A stretch of DNA of 64,000 bases from Candidatus Enterousia sp. (GCA_045613925.1 JAZLBV010000011.1:4069-68068); one strand, 5' to 3'. Shown: positions 19,380 to 30,590, counted from the first letter of the stretch. The notes: generated by a model from the sequence alone, not told the origin. Translations and numbers: made by a program.

Positions 19380-20439
19380 ATTCATTGTTATCAACATAAT
19401 ATGCCGTCTCAGACAATTTTATATTATCAAGGCATTCCGATACAACGTGAAGATGATGTTTGTCAGCGTTTTTATCAAATTCCCCTTTGAAGTCATATTC
19501 GTCATCATACAAAAAATGGTTTGATTTGATTCGAACAGCCCCAGGTGCAATCTCTTTTCGTTCAAATTCAAATCGCCCCATACGTCCATCGTGTTCAAAG
19601 AACACAAAATCAATCTGTTTATTTGGGAATTTTTTATTTAAACATTTTATTGCATATTTTATATCTTTATCAGGAACCGACTTTTCCAATATTGCACGTT
19701 GTTCCCACAAAGTACTTAACCAACAAATCAATATTTTATTTGATTTAGTAAATGCATCTTGCAATCTTTCTGCGCGACGTTGCATAGTTTCAACAAAAGT
19801 CGACATATATTCTTCGATACTTTTGTTTATTGGGAAATGATGAACAAATCTTATGTGTGTACGCGTATTTACAACATTGTGATGTTCTTTGTTTCCGGTC
19901 CATTCTGATACATATTGAAAATCTTTAGGTATCATATATTCAGAAAAATCATTACAAATTGCATCTATTTTTTCGCGAAATCTGGTATCTCGATAAACCC
20001 CGGGCAAACGATTCCATTTTTCTGGCACCATCCCACCAGTCCATTCAAACGGCGTTGAAAAACGTCTTAAATTAAACATATTCAAAAAATCTGTTATAAA
20101 ACACGTGGAACCTATGGCAAAAATCAAGTCATATTCTGTACTGCGTCCTGGTAATAATTGTTTTCCATTATTATGTTGTAGCCATTGGGATTTTATTTTC
20201 AAATATTCTTGTTCTTTTATATTCGTTTCTTGGTTTGATTGTTCTGGTTCTGTGTGATTTAGTTCTTCAAACATTTTTTGTAAATTTATAATTTGTGTGT
20301 GTAAGTCTGTAATTTGGGTTTGTAAATCTGAAACTGTTATTGGCAAATTCATCCAATCCATAACCTTACGCCTTGCCATATGACGTTTATGGCGCGAAAC
20401 AAAAAACATAGCAATCACATTTGCAATAAAATGTTTCAT
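19378..20439 (-). CDS. DUF1796-like putative papain-type cysteine peptidase with N-terminal coiled coil
   Basis: IGSTC....L..FNLRRFSTPFEW and FVHHF motifs, F...MQRRAERL; AAGGGG RBS before MKHF. Confidence 0.6.
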   Translation of the reverse strand: MKHFIANVIAMFFVSRHKRHMARRKVMDWMNLPITVSDLQTQITDLHTQIINLQKMFEELNHTEPEQSNQETNIKEQEYLKIKSQWLQHNNGKQLLPGRSTEYDLIFAIGSTCFITDFLNMFNLRRFSTPFEWTGGMVPEKWNRLPGVYRDTRFREKIDAICNDFSEYMIPKDFQYVSEWTGNKEHHNVVNTRTHIRFVHHFPINKSIEEYMSTFVETMQRRAERLQDAFTKSNKILICWLSTLWEQRAILEKSVPDKDIKYAIKCLNKKFPNKQIDFVFFEHDGRMGRFEFERKEIAPGAVRIKSNHFLYDDEYDFKGEFDKNADKHHLHVVSECLDNIKLSETAYYVDNNE

Positions 20440-20483
20440 TTTAACCCCTTTGTAAACAAATACCGCCAAATAATCAGGCGGCT

Positions 20484-20604
20484 GGAGGTTAGAAACAATT
20501 CAAGATGAAATTGCGTGTTTTATTCAACATATTCAACACCCTCCAACCAAAGTTGGAGATTTAACGTCCATTTAGACGCATCTTGACAAGGGTTTCTAAG
20601 CCCC
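20484..20604 (-). ncRNA. Candidate 6S-like RNA (long irregular hairpin with central bubble)
   Basis: GGGGC.TTAGAAAC / GTTTCTAA.CTCC closing stem, TCAAGATG/CATCTTGA helix, apical CTCCAAC/GTTGGAG hairpin, downstream terminator 20463-20481. Confidence 0.5.
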
Positions 20605-20670
20605 ATCAGCAAAAACTCTTGCTGATAATGTTCATTTTATCAAAATAATATTAGTTAATAAAGAAATTAT

Positions 20671-21888
20671 TTATTCATATCTTAAACTGTCTATTGGGTT
20701 TAATTTGGCAGCTTTGATTGCAGGCATAACCCCAGATGACAGCCCCACAACAACCGCAACCGTAACAGATAAAAGCACTGGCCAGGCACTAAATGGGACA
20801 TTATAGTGCAATATAAATCGACCAACGCCTTGGGAAAGACCAACCCCCAATATTAATCCTATCATTGACCCGATAAAAGATATTAAAACCGATTCAGACA
20901 AAAATTGGATAATTATTACACGTTCGCGCGCACCAACGGCCTTACGAACACCTATTTCGCGCGTGCGTTCTACAACAGAAACCAACATCATATTCATAAT
21001 TCCTATTGACCCAACCAACAAAGATACTGCCGCTATAGCAACCAACAATAATTTCAAATAACCCGTCACAGTATCCATTGTTTCCATAATTTGTTTCATA
21101 TCTGTAATTTGAAAATCGTCTTCATCGCCGTCTTTTAATCTGTGGCGTTGACGCAGCAGGGCGTTTATTTGATCCGTCACAACTGCGTTATCTGCATCCG
21201 GATATATTTTTAATGCAATCATTGTGACCGAATCAGGAAAAGGCGAACCCTGTAATCGTTTTTTTAATGTAGTAATTGGGATAATTATCATATCATCTTG
21301 GGAACCAAAGGACGAATCACCACGTGCCTTCATTACACCTATGATTACAAAAGGCATATTTTGAATACGTATAATTTCCCCAACTGGATTATCTGGCAGA
21401 CCTAATTCGCGCGCTGTATCTGGTCCAATCACTGCATAAGTTGATGCATTTTTCACAGCCGTCATATCAAAAAATGTTCCGTTTTCAATTTCTATATCTT
21501 GGATAACTGTATAATCAGGATATGTTCCCAACATCATAGTTGACCAATTTTTATTACCATAAATTACCTGGGCAGAACCACTTTGTGCAGGGGTTATGGA
21601 CATAACATCTGGCAATTTTCGAATTTGTTCTGAATCTGTTATTGTTAAAGTATTTCGATTACCAGAACGAATACCACCGCGACGTGCTGCGCCCGCACGA
21701 ATAACTATTGTGTTTGTGCCCAGGGCTGAAAATTGATCTGTAATTGATTGTTGGACCGTTTCACCCACAGCAACCATTATCACCACAGCCATTACACCAA
21801 TAATAATACCCAATACGGTCAAAAAAGAACGCAGTTTATTCCCGCTTATGGACAACCAAGATTCTTTTAAAATGTCAGATATGGTCAT
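20671..21888 (-). CDS. MacB/FtsX-type ABC permease
   Basis: NKLRSFLTVLGIIIGV, GIMNMMLVSVVERTREIG.RKAVGA, LNPIDSLRYE. Confidence 0.92.
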   Translation of the reverse strand: MTISDILKESWLSISGNKLRSFLTVLGIIIGVMAVVIMVAVGETVQQSITDQFSALGTNTIVIRAGAARRGGIRSGNRNTLTITDSEQIRKLPDVMSITPAQSGSAQVIYGNKNWSTMMLGTYPDYTVIQDIEIENGTFFDMTAVKNASTYAVIGPDTARELGLPDNPVGEIIRIQNMPFVIIGVMKARGDSSFGSQDDMIIIPITTLKKRLQGSPFPDSVTMIALKIYPDADNAVVTDQINALLRQRHRLKDGDEDDFQITDMKQIMETMDTVTGYLKLLLVAIAAVSLLVGSIGIMNMMLVSVVERTREIGVRKAVGARERVIIIQFLSESVLISFIGSMIGLILGVGLSQGVGRFILHYNVPFSAWPVLLSVTVAVVVGLSSGVMPAIKAAKLNPIDSLRYE

Positions 21889-22631
21889 TTGTGATGTTCC
21901 TTGTCTAACTTTAATAATACGTTTTCGTTCTTGGGTACAGGGCCATTGAAAGTAATATGACCGTCATATATGTGTATAAGACGTTGTGCATATTGCGCGA
22001 TTTCAAATTCGTGTGTAATCATTACTATGGTTATTCCCATATCTCGATTTAATTCTTTGAAAAATTTTAAAATTTCATTCCCCATTTTTGAATCCAGTGA
22101 TCCAGTAGGTTCATCCGCCAAAATTAACTTAGGATTTCCTGATAAAGCGCGCGCAATTGCAACACGTTGTTTCATACCGCCCGATAATTGTGTTGGTAAA
22201 TATGATTCAAAATTTTCCAATCCAACAAGTTTTAACATCTCACGCGAACGGCGGTTTCTGTCGTCTATAGACAATCCACGATACATCAAAGGCAACATAA
22301 CATTGTCCAAGATGTTTCTTTTTGGTAATAAATTAAAATTTTGAAAAACAAATCCGATGTATTCGTTGCGGACAGTTGCTAATTCATCTGGGGTCATTGT
22401 TGTAATATCTTTGCCAGATAATTCGTATTTCCCACTGGTTGCAGAATCAAGCGCCCCGATTATATTCATACACGTTGATTTTCCAGAACCACTGGGCCCC
22501 ATAATCGCAACAAATTCCCCAATATTTATATCAAAAGTTATGTCAAATAAAACCTGTTGTTGACCGCCGATTTCAAGCGGAAAAATTTTACAGATTTTTT
22601 GCAAAGAAATTATTGGTGGTTCCGGTTTCAT
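21885..22631 (-). CDS. ABC ATP-binding subunit (MacB/LolD-like)
   Basis: GPSGSGKST, LSGGMKQRVAIARAL, ADEPTG, H-switch ITHE. Confidence 0.93.
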   Translation of the reverse strand: MKPEPPIISLQKICKIFPLEIGGQQQVLFDITFDINIGEFVAIMGPSGSGKSTCMNIIGALDSATSGKYELSGKDITTMTPDELATVRNEYIGFVFQNFNLLPKRNILDNVMLPLMYRGLSIDDRNRRSREMLKLVGLENFESYLPTQLSGGMKQRVAIARALSGNPKLILADEPTGSLDSKMGNEILKFFKELNRDMGITIVMITHEFEIAQYAQRLIHIYDGHITFNGPVPKNENVLLKLDKEHHK

Positions 22632-22634
22632 AGA

Positions 22635-23813
22635 CTACATCCTTGGTCTGCCGCCGCCAAGCGTGCTTTTGTTTGTAGAAACCTGACCTGAAAAACCAAC
22701 AACCAATTTATCGTTTTCTTTGATTTCATCCGATATTAATTGTGTTTCAGTCGGGGTGGTTAATCCTTTGGTATATGGAACAAAAATTATATCATTATCG
22801 CGCTTTATGGCCAGATGCGTTTGAGGGGTAATATTATCAGGCACTTGGTCAACCAATGTTTTATATGAACGAATCAAAAGCCCGGCATTTTTTGTTTTCC
22901 ACGCATTTTTAGCGTCTGCAATTAACACCGTAACAAATGCTGTCATTCCAGGCATTAATCGCAAATCGGAATTATCAACATTTATGACAACAGTATAAAC
23001 AACTACATTTGATACGGTTGTTGGAGACAATCTTATTTGATGAACGTTGCCTTTAAATGTTTGATTTGGATACGCATCAACAGTAAAGCTGACTGGTTGT
23101 CCTTCTTTAATCATACCAATATCTGCCTCTGATACGGCGGTTTCAATCTGCATTTTCGATAAATCTTCAGCTATTTCAAAAAGATCAGGTGTTTGGAAAG
23201 ATGCAGCCACAGTTTGACCTTTGTCTACTTTGCGTGAAATAACGGTTCCATCTACGGGTGAAGTAATTGTTGCATACCCAAGATTTGTAACGGCACGGTC
23301 ATATGAATATTGCGCTTTGTTAACTGCTTGTTTTGCTTGTTCGTGAATATTTTGAGATTTTTCCATTTCCGCGCGCGATATAAAACCGTCTGCGTATAAC
23401 AATTGATTTCGTTTATATTCAGATTCGGCGTATGCTAATTCTGATTTTGCAGAATCAAGTGATGCTTTGGCTTCGTCCACAGATGATTTCAGCACAGATG
23501 GTTCTATGGTTAATAAAATATCACCTTTGTTCACGTGCGAATTGTAATCTACAAAAATGTCTTCTATGGTGCCAGAAACCTGAGAGCCAACATTTACAGT
23601 ATTTACCGGTTGAATTTCACCAGTTGCTGTTACAGTCTGTGTTATATCTCCACGTGTTATATCAACTGTTATATAGTTTTTCTTTTTGTTTACACGTGTC
23701 GCAAGCACCCACCAAATTATTCCGCTGATAATAATGATGGATAATAAAATCCACCATTTCTTGTTCCAAACACGTCGCCAAAACGAAGTTTTTTTAATTT
23801 CCGCTTCCGTCAT
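22635..23813 (-). CDS. MacA-like periplasmic adaptor (membrane fusion protein)
   Basis: N-terminal TM, VGSQVSG, ITSPVDGTVI, V.GQTVAASFQTPDLF, VSEADIG. Confidence 0.9.
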   Translation of the reverse strand: MTEAEIKKTSFWRRVWNKKWWILLSIIIISGIIWWVLATRVNKKKNYITVDITRGDITQTVTATGEIQPVNTVNVGSQVSGTIEDIFVDYNSHVNKGDILLTIEPSVLKSSVDEAKASLDSAKSELAYAESEYKRNQLLYADGFISRAEMEKSQNIHEQAKQAVNKAQYSYDRAVTNLGYATITSPVDGTVISRKVDKGQTVAASFQTPDLFEIAEDLSKMQIETAVSEADIGMIKEGQPVSFTVDAYPNQTFKGNVHQIRLSPTTVSNVVVYTVVINVDNSDLRLMPGMTAFVTVLIADAKNAWKTKNAGLLIRSYKTLVDQVPDNITPQTHLAIKRDNDIIFVPYTKGLTTPTETQLISDEIKENDKLVVGFSGQVSTNKSTLGGGRPRM

Positions 23814-25116
23814 CTTTTATCCCAGATTTAATATCGCCTATGGCCAATGCAACTGCGGCACGTTTTATAAACAAATCATATTTTGCAGAATTATGTTGAT
23901 TACGTGCATCTGCTAATTCAGATTGTGCAGTCTGCCAATCAAGCATTGTACTGCGTCCTACTTTATACATACCAGATGTTACGCGTTCATTTTCTTTTGC
24001 AGATTTCAACAGTGTTTGGGTTTGGGTTAAAACTGTTTTGGCTGTTTTATAATTTTGGTATGCACTGAATACATCCATCATAGCATTATCTGAAACATTT
24101 TGTTGGTTATATTTCGCATTTTCATAATCTGAATTTGCAGAACGTGCATTATAGAAATTAGAAAAACCCGCAAAAATCGGCATAGAAACAGAAAAACCTA
24201 TGGTTCCATCAACTTTAAGCGACATATGTTCAAACATTCCACCAAATGTGTTGTCTTTGACACCAACAGTTCCATTAACAGAAAACGATGGTAAATTTTT
24301 AAGAAACGCACTGTTTCTGCGATGCCACGCCGCAGCAGTCTGTGCATCAGCTTTTAATAAATCAGGCCTTTTCTTTTGCGCAATCGCTATTAATTCATCA
24401 AGTTTTTCTATTTCTGCATCAGAACCGAAACTGGCCGGCATATCTTTGATTGTTATATTTTGGTCTGCTGGGAAAGAAAGTGTGTTTAACAATGTTCCTT
24501 TGGCTATTTCACGATTATTTTTCGCGCGTTCCAAAACCAATTGAGATGATGCCAAATTAGTTTCGGCTTTGTACACATCTGCTTTTGCAACCGCGCCAGA
24601 GTTATATTTTTTATCTGCTATATTTTTTGCGGTTTGCGCCACAGTCAAAGCAGATTTCGCAGATTCAACACCTGCATCTGCATTAAGCAATTCATAATAT
24701 GCGCCTATGATAGAATAAACAAAATTTTGAATCGTTTCATCATAATCAAAACCTGCAGCACGATATACAGCCAAAGTCTGGGCAAAATCAGATTCCCTTT
24801 TGCCGAAATCAAAAATCAAATATGATGCAGAAAGTGATGCGTTATATGTCCAATCTTCGTGATTTGTGTGTGAACGTTGTGCATTGTTGGTTGCTGATAC
24901 AGTTGGCAAATAATATGAATGCGCAGCATTTTTTGTATACCGCGCAGATTGCAAAGCTGCGTATGCCGCCGCAGTACGCGGATTACGGCAAAGCCCCAGA
25001 TTTATAACCTGTTGCAACGTCATTTCATTAGACGGAACTGTGCGCGTTGTTGCACAATTTGTGTCTGCGTGCGCACACCAAGGTACCATAAAAATAAAAA
25101 ACACCAACCGTTTCAT
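23794..25116 (-). CDS. TolC-family outer membrane efflux protein
   Basis: Signal peptide and two OEP repeats (YLP.VS, LIFDFG; RPDL..A, MPIFAG); first gene of the exporter operon. Confidence 0.85.
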   Translation of the reverse strand: MKRLVFFIFMVPWCAHADTNCATTRTVPSNEMTLQQVINLGLCRNPRTAAAYAALQSARYTKNAAHSYYLPTVSATNNAQRSHTNHEDWTYNASLSASYLIFDFGKRESDFAQTLAVYRAAGFDYDETIQNFVYSIIGAYYELLNADAGVESAKSALTVAQTAKNIADKKYNSGAVAKADVYKAETNLASSQLVLERAKNNREIAKGTLLNTLSFPADQNITIKDMPASFGSDAEIEKLDELIAIAQKKRPDLLKADAQTAAAWHRRNSAFLKNLPSFSVNGTVGVKDNTFGGMFEHMSLKVDGTIGFSVSMPIFAGFSNFYNARSANSDYENAKYNQQNVSDNAMMDVFSAYQNYKTAKTVLTQTQTLLKSAKENERVTSGMYKVGRSTMLDWQTAQSELADARNQHNSAKYDLFIKRAAVALAIGDIKSGIKDDGSGN

Positions 25117-25207
25117 ATCTTACCCGTTTATATAAGTATCAAGATACCATGTTTATAATGCTTAAAACATCGGAACAAATTCATCTTTGAATATTTGAAT
25201 TTTTATG

Positions 25208-25236
25208 TTGAAAAGTGATTATTTTTTGCCTAAGAT
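25208..25236 (+). promoter_or_regulatory. sigma70-type promoter for tRNA-Cys/recF
   Basis: TTGAAA-17 bp-TAAGAT. Confidence 0.55.
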
Positions 25237-25249
25237 GTTTCTGCGAAAA

Positions 25250-25323
25250 GGCCAGGTGGCAGAGTGGTTATGCAGAGGACTGCAAATCCTTGGATGCCGG
25301 TTCGATTCCGACCCTGGCCTCCA
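25250..25323 (+). tRNA. tRNA-Cys (GCA)
   Basis: GGCCAGG..CCTGGCC acceptor stem, GAGGA-CTGCAAA-TCCTT anticodon arm, CCA. Confidence 0.97.
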
Positions 25324-25333
25324 GTTTATTAAA

Positions 25334-26413
25334 ATGATAAATCAAATCACTATTACCAATTTCAGAAATCATACATCTTCCAGAATTAAAACGGGTGGTG
25401 TAAAAAATATTATTATTACTGGGTTAAATGGTGCTGGTAAAACCGCTATATTAGAGGCAATATCGTTATTATCTGGCGAACGTGGATTACGTGGTGCAGA
25501 AATGCAAATGTTGGCGCGGTTTAATGGCGATGGGGGATTTTCTGTATTTGCAACAACCGATGACGATACAGATGTTTGTGTTTTTTTGAATACTGGTGAA
25601 ACAAATCGTCGCGCAAAAATAGACAATGAAAATGTCGCGCTATCTGAATTAGCAAAAAAACTACGTATCGTTTGGCTGACCCCACGTGAAGATAGAATCT
25701 TTGTTGAATCGGCATCTGAACGCCGGGCGTTTTTTGATCATCTGGTTGCAAGTTTTGAACCATCGCATATTGGACGTATAACACGCCTTAATAAATTATT
25801 GTCAGAAAGGGCGGGGGCGTTAAAATCGTGCGCTGATAAAAATTGGATGGATGCAATTGACACCCAGATTGCTGCGACTGCGGTTGCCGTTGGGGCAGGG
25901 CGTATACGATATGCATCAGAAATAAACTATTTTTTTGAAACAGGCGCTGTGTCCGTCGACGGTATGATTGAAAAATTGATATTGGAAAACACTTTGACAA
26001 ATGCAGAAAAAATCTATTTTGAGTATCTGATGCAAAATCGCACTTTGAACGGCGATAAAATGGTGATAGACGGCGCACACAAATCTGATTTTGGCGTATT
26101 TAACAAAATACTTAGTTTACCGGCAAACATAACCAGTACCGGACAACAGAAATCTATTTTAATTGATTTAATTCTGGCGCACGCAAAATTGATACATATA
26201 AAAACAGGTCAAAATCCTTTGATTTTATTGGATGAAGCGGCCGCACATCTGGACGAAAACGCGCGTAAAAAATTATTTACAGAATTAAATAATGCCGAAG
26301 CTCAGGTTTGGGCCACAGGATTAGATAAAAATATTTTCTACGATATTCCAAACGCTGCATTTGTTGCTTGCCAAAACGGGGAAATAAGTAATATAGTTAT
26401 GCCAAGGAATTAA
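25334..26413 (+). CDS. recF: DNA replication/repair protein RecF
   Basis: ITNFRNH, GLNGAGKTAILEAISLL, STGQQK, LLDE..AHLD; the ORF-track 5' extension runs through the tRNA and is discarded. Confidence 0.92.
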   Translation: MINQITITNFRNHTSSRIKTGGVKNIIITGLNGAGKTAILEAISLLSGERGLRGAEMQMLARFNGDGGFSVFATTDDDTDVCVFLNTGETNRRAKIDNENVALSELAKKLRIVWLTPREDRIFVESASERRAFFDHLVASFEPSHIGRITRLNKLLSERAGALKSCADKNWMDAIDTQIAATAVAVGAGRIRYASEINYFFETGAVSVDGMIEKLILENTLTNAEKIYFEYLMQNRTLNGDKMVIDGAHKSDFGVFNKILSLPANITSTGQQKSILIDLILAHAKLIHIKTGQNPLILLDEAAAHLDENARKKLFTELNNAEAQVWATGLDKNIFYDIPNAAFVACQNGEISNIVMPRN

Positions 26414-26415
26414 AT

Positions 26416-26886
26416 ATGCATAAGATAGATTATCAACAATTATTAGATAACGCATTAAAATCCGTGGTTAAAGAAGCTTTAATTTATGCACAATTTAACG
26501 GATTGGGTGATGATGCAGGATTTTTTATAACCTTTAAAACGCGTGATCCTGGGGTTGTGTTGCCTGATTTTTTGCGGATGCGATATCCGGATATTATGAC
26601 AATAGTGTTACAATATTCGTATAACAATTTAAATGTTTCGGACAAAGAATTTGGCGTGCAATTGACCTTTGATGGGCGTCCATTTTTTATTCGTGTTCCG
26701 TTTTCTGCATTGGTTGAATTCAAGGATCCGTCCACAGAATTTATGTTGTCATTCCATCCGAAACAACCACAGTCCGCAAATTCAGATAAAGACATAGAAT
26801 TACCATTAGAAGAAAAACCAGGCACAGTCCCCGATGACAAACGCGTTGTATCATTAGACGAATTTAGAAAAAGAAGAAATTCATAA
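26416..26886 (+). CDS. sspB: Alphaproteobacterial-type SspB (ClpXP adaptor)
   Basis: FFITFKT.DPGV.LP..L...YP..MTIVLQY, F.V.L.F.G.P...VPF.AL..F.DPS..F.L.F, C-terminal VVSLDEFRK. Confidence 0.85.
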   Translation: MHKIDYQQLLDNALKSVVKEALIYAQFNGLGDDAGFFITFKTRDPGVVLPDFLRMRYPDIMTIVLQYSYNNLNVSDKEFGVQLTFDGRPFFIRVPFSALVEFKDPSTEFMLSFHPKQPQSANSDKDIELPLEEKPGTVPDDKRVVSLDEFRKRRNS

Positions 26887-26945
26887 AAAATACCGGCATC
26901 CGCTTCCGCTTTGCTACAGCGAGATTAGACGCCGGTGTTTTTATT
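26887..26945. terminator. Bidirectional terminator sspB/accC with an enlarged loop
   Basis: AAAATACCGGC ... GCCGGTGTTTTT closing a ~33-nt GC-rich loop. Confidence 0.65.
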
Positions 26946-28326
26946 CTTTTGTTTCTTCTTCTGGGATTTTTTCTGATTCCTTTTCAGATTCCAGAAAAGT
27001 TTCCAGCCAATGATTATCTGTCTTTAATTGGCGAACATCGGAATTATTTAACAATTTTTTCTGAAGTGGGATTGTGGTTTTTACACCCTCTATCACGAAT
27101 TCATCCAGCGCACGCTGGGCACGCATAATACACGCCGGGCGCGATTGCGCGTGGACTATTAATTTCGCAATCATAGAATCGTATGTGGGCGGAATTGTAT
27201 AACCGCTATACACTGCAGAATCAACACGAACCCCCAATCCGCCAGACGGCGCATAAAGTGATATTGTGCCTGGATTTGGAATAAACGTATCTGGATCTTC
27301 GGCATTAATACGAAATTCAATTGCGTGGCCGTGCGCAACCAGGTTTGATTGTGTGTACCCCAATTTTTCACCCGCTGCAATTCTGATTTGTTCACGAACC
27401 AAATCAATACCATAAACCATTTCCGTGACAGGATGTTCAACCTGAAGCCGCGTATTCATTTCTAAGAAATAAAATTTACCATCTTCGAACATAAATTCAA
27501 AAGTTCCCGCGTTGGTATATTTCATTTTCTTGGCCGCAGTTTTGCAAATTTCAATCATATCATCGCGTTGTTTTTGGGTTAAAATGGCCGCAGGGCATTC
27601 TTCCATAACCTTTTGATTTTTTCTTTGCAATGAACAATCGCGTTCACCAAAAATCACAACATTACCGTGTTTATCACCCAAAACCTGGAATTCAATATGA
27701 CGCGGGTGTAATAACAATTTTTCCATATAAAGAGTATCATCACCAAATGCCGATTTAGCTTCTGCCTTGACAATTGGGAAAAATTCTTTCAATTCATTTG
27801 CATTATGCACAGCGCGCATACCGCGACCACCACCACCAGATGCAGCTTTAATCATAACAGGATAACCGATTTTTTCCGCCCAAATGGTTGCATCATCCAA
27901 ATTTTTCAATGCACCGTCAGAACCCGGCACCACAGGCAAACCACATTTAATCGCAGTTTGTTTAGCGTTAACTTTGTCGCCCATCTTACGAATCATATTC
28001 GCATCAGGTCCAATCCAGATAAGTCCATGCTGTTCCACTTTGTCCACAAAATCGGCACGTTCTGATAAAAATCCATAACCCGGATGAATCGCATCTGCAT
28101 TTGTCAATAATGCAGCCGTCAAAATCGCAGATTCATTAAGATATGATTCGCTGCTTTGCGCCGGGCCGATACATACGGATTCATCCGCCAATTTCACATG
28201 CATAGCATCCCTGTCTGCAGTAGAATACACCGCAACAGTTCGTATCCCCATATCACGACACGCACGAATAACACGCAGTGCGATTTCGCCGCGATTCGCA
28301 ATTAAAACTTTCTTGATTTGTGGCAT
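26941..28326 (-). CDS. accC: Acetyl-CoA carboxylase, biotin carboxylase subunit
   Basis: ANRGEIALRV, HPGYGFLSE, GGGGRGM, EMNTRLQVEHPVTE, YDSMIAKLIV. Confidence 0.96.
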   Translation of the reverse strand: MPQIKKVLIANRGEIALRVIRACRDMGIRTVAVYSTADRDAMHVKLADESVCIGPAQSSESYLNESAILTAALLTNADAIHPGYGFLSERADFVDKVEQHGLIWIGPDANMIRKMGDKVNAKQTAIKCGLPVVPGSDGALKNLDDATIWAEKIGYPVMIKAASGGGGRGMRAVHNANELKEFFPIVKAEAKSAFGDDTLYMEKLLLHPRHIEFQVLGDKHGNVVIFGERDCSLQRKNQKVMEECPAAILTQKQRDDMIEICKTAAKKMKYTNAGTFEFMFEDGKFYFLEMNTRLQVEHPVTEMVYGIDLVREQIRIAAGEKLGYTQSNLVAHGHAIEFRINAEDPDTFIPNPGTISLYAPSGGLGVRVDSAVYSGYTIPPTYDSMIAKLIVHAQSRPACIMRAQRALDEFVIEGVKTTIPLQKKLLNNSDVRQLKTDNHWLETFLESEKESEKIPEEETKE

Positions 28327-28334
28327 AATAAAAC

Positions 28335-28763
28335 CTATTCAATTACGATAATTGGTGTATCAAATTCAACCGCAGCGCCATCCACGACCAAGATTTCTTT
28401 GACAACACCATCTATATCAGATTTAATCGGGTTAAATGTTTTCATCGCCTCTACCAATGCGACTGTATCACCCGCCTTGACAGAATCGCCAATTTTTACA
28501 AATGGCTTTGCGCCCGGTTCTGGTGCCAAATACGCAACACCAACCATTGGTGATTTAAGCGCATGTCCAGAAATTTTTTCATCGTCTTTTGTTTTTTGTT
28601 GTGAAACAAATCCCACAGGTGCAGCCACAGCCTGTTGTTTAGAAAGATGAATATGTTTACGATATAAACCCAATAACAGTTGACGTTCCAAATCTAATTC
28701 AGTTATGCCCATTTCATCCATCAATTTGGACATATTTTCAACTGTTGCACGAAAAGATGTCAT
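28335..28763 (-). CDS. accB: Biotin carboxyl carrier protein
   Basis: SPMVG, EAMKTFN biotinylation motif. Confidence 0.93.
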   Translation of the reverse strand: MTSFRATVENMSKLMDEMGITELDLERQLLLGLYRKHIHLSKQQAVAAPVGFVSQQKTKDDEKISGHALKSPMVGVAYLAPEPGAKPFVKIGDSVKAGDTVALVEAMKTFNPIKSDIDGVVKEILVVDGAAVEFDTPIIVIE

Positions 28764-28820
28764 AATTATAAATCCTTTTTACATATTTGTATATAAATTC
28801 TATCACAATGTTTTTTTATG

Positions 28821-29057
28821 TCAAGGCACAGGATCATACCCGTATCCACCACCTGGACGACAACGAGAAATTCGTTTTAACCCCAACCAACAACCACGTA
28901 TTATACCATATTTTTCAATTGACTGGCGTGTATATTCACTGCAAGTCGGTGTAAATCTGCACGTAGCACGTCCACCAACAAACGGCGATATAGCCATTTG
29001 ATAAAATCGTACCAAACCACAGCCAAATTTTGTAAAAAAACTATTTTGCACAGCCAT
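28821..29057 (-). CDS. yidD: Membrane protein insertion efficiency factor YidD
   Basis: YQ..ISP....CRF.PTCSEY....I.KYG...G.WL..KRI.RC.P.GG.GYDPVP. Confidence 0.93.
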   Translation of the reverse strand: MAVQNSFFTKFGCGLVRFYQMAISPFVGGRATCRFTPTCSEYTRQSIEKYGIIRGCWLGLKRISRCRPGGGYGYDPVP

Positions 29058-29397
29058 TTATTTTGCGATATTTGATAATTCGGCGAAATGCACGACGCGC
29101 GGCTTCGCGTCCTTCGTCACGTGTTGCACCTAAAATATCTTTGTATATGATGAAAATGTAATCAAATTCATCAAGCATTAAATTTTCATTATAAAAAATC
29201 CAATCTCGTAATAATCGTTTAGCACGATTTCTGTCCACAGCCGCCTTAAAAACACGTTTTGGCGCAATAATACCATAACGAGGATCTTTTGGATATTTTG
29301 CCACTTTTGTTTTTAATATAAAATACGGCGAACGCGCACAAAGGTCATCGCGAGATGTAAGAAAATCTTTATAAGCACGTATAGTTTTACGTTTCAT
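29041..29397 (-). CDS. rnpA: RNase P protein component
   Basis: R.GIIA.K.V.K.AV.RNR.KR.LR RNR motif; upstream of yidD. Confidence 0.88.
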   Translation of the reverse strand: MKRKTIRAYKDFLTSRDDLCARSPYFILKTKVAKYPKDPRYGIIAPKRVFKAAVDRNRAKRLLRDWIFYNENLMLDEFDYIFIIYKDILGATRDEGREAARRAFRRIIKYRKINGCAK

Positions 29398-29475
29398 AGT
29401 TCTAATAATACCAAAATATATTGATTTGCAAATAAAAAAGCAAAATTTATTGCCCTGCGCACTTGATTTTTTTAA

Positions 29476-30573
<1,098 letters not shown>

Positions 30574-30590
30574 TACATTGAAATTTCTAG

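Noticed and set aside
20484-20640. Permuted tmRNA, SRP RNA or RNase P RNA
   Set aside because: No T-arm/CCA acceptor piece or tag frame, no SRP GGAA/GCAGC loop motif, and too short and lacking P4 motifs for RNase P
25205-25333. N-terminal extension of RecF in the ORF track
   Set aside because: Runs through the tRNA-Cys gene; RecF homology begins at ATG 25334
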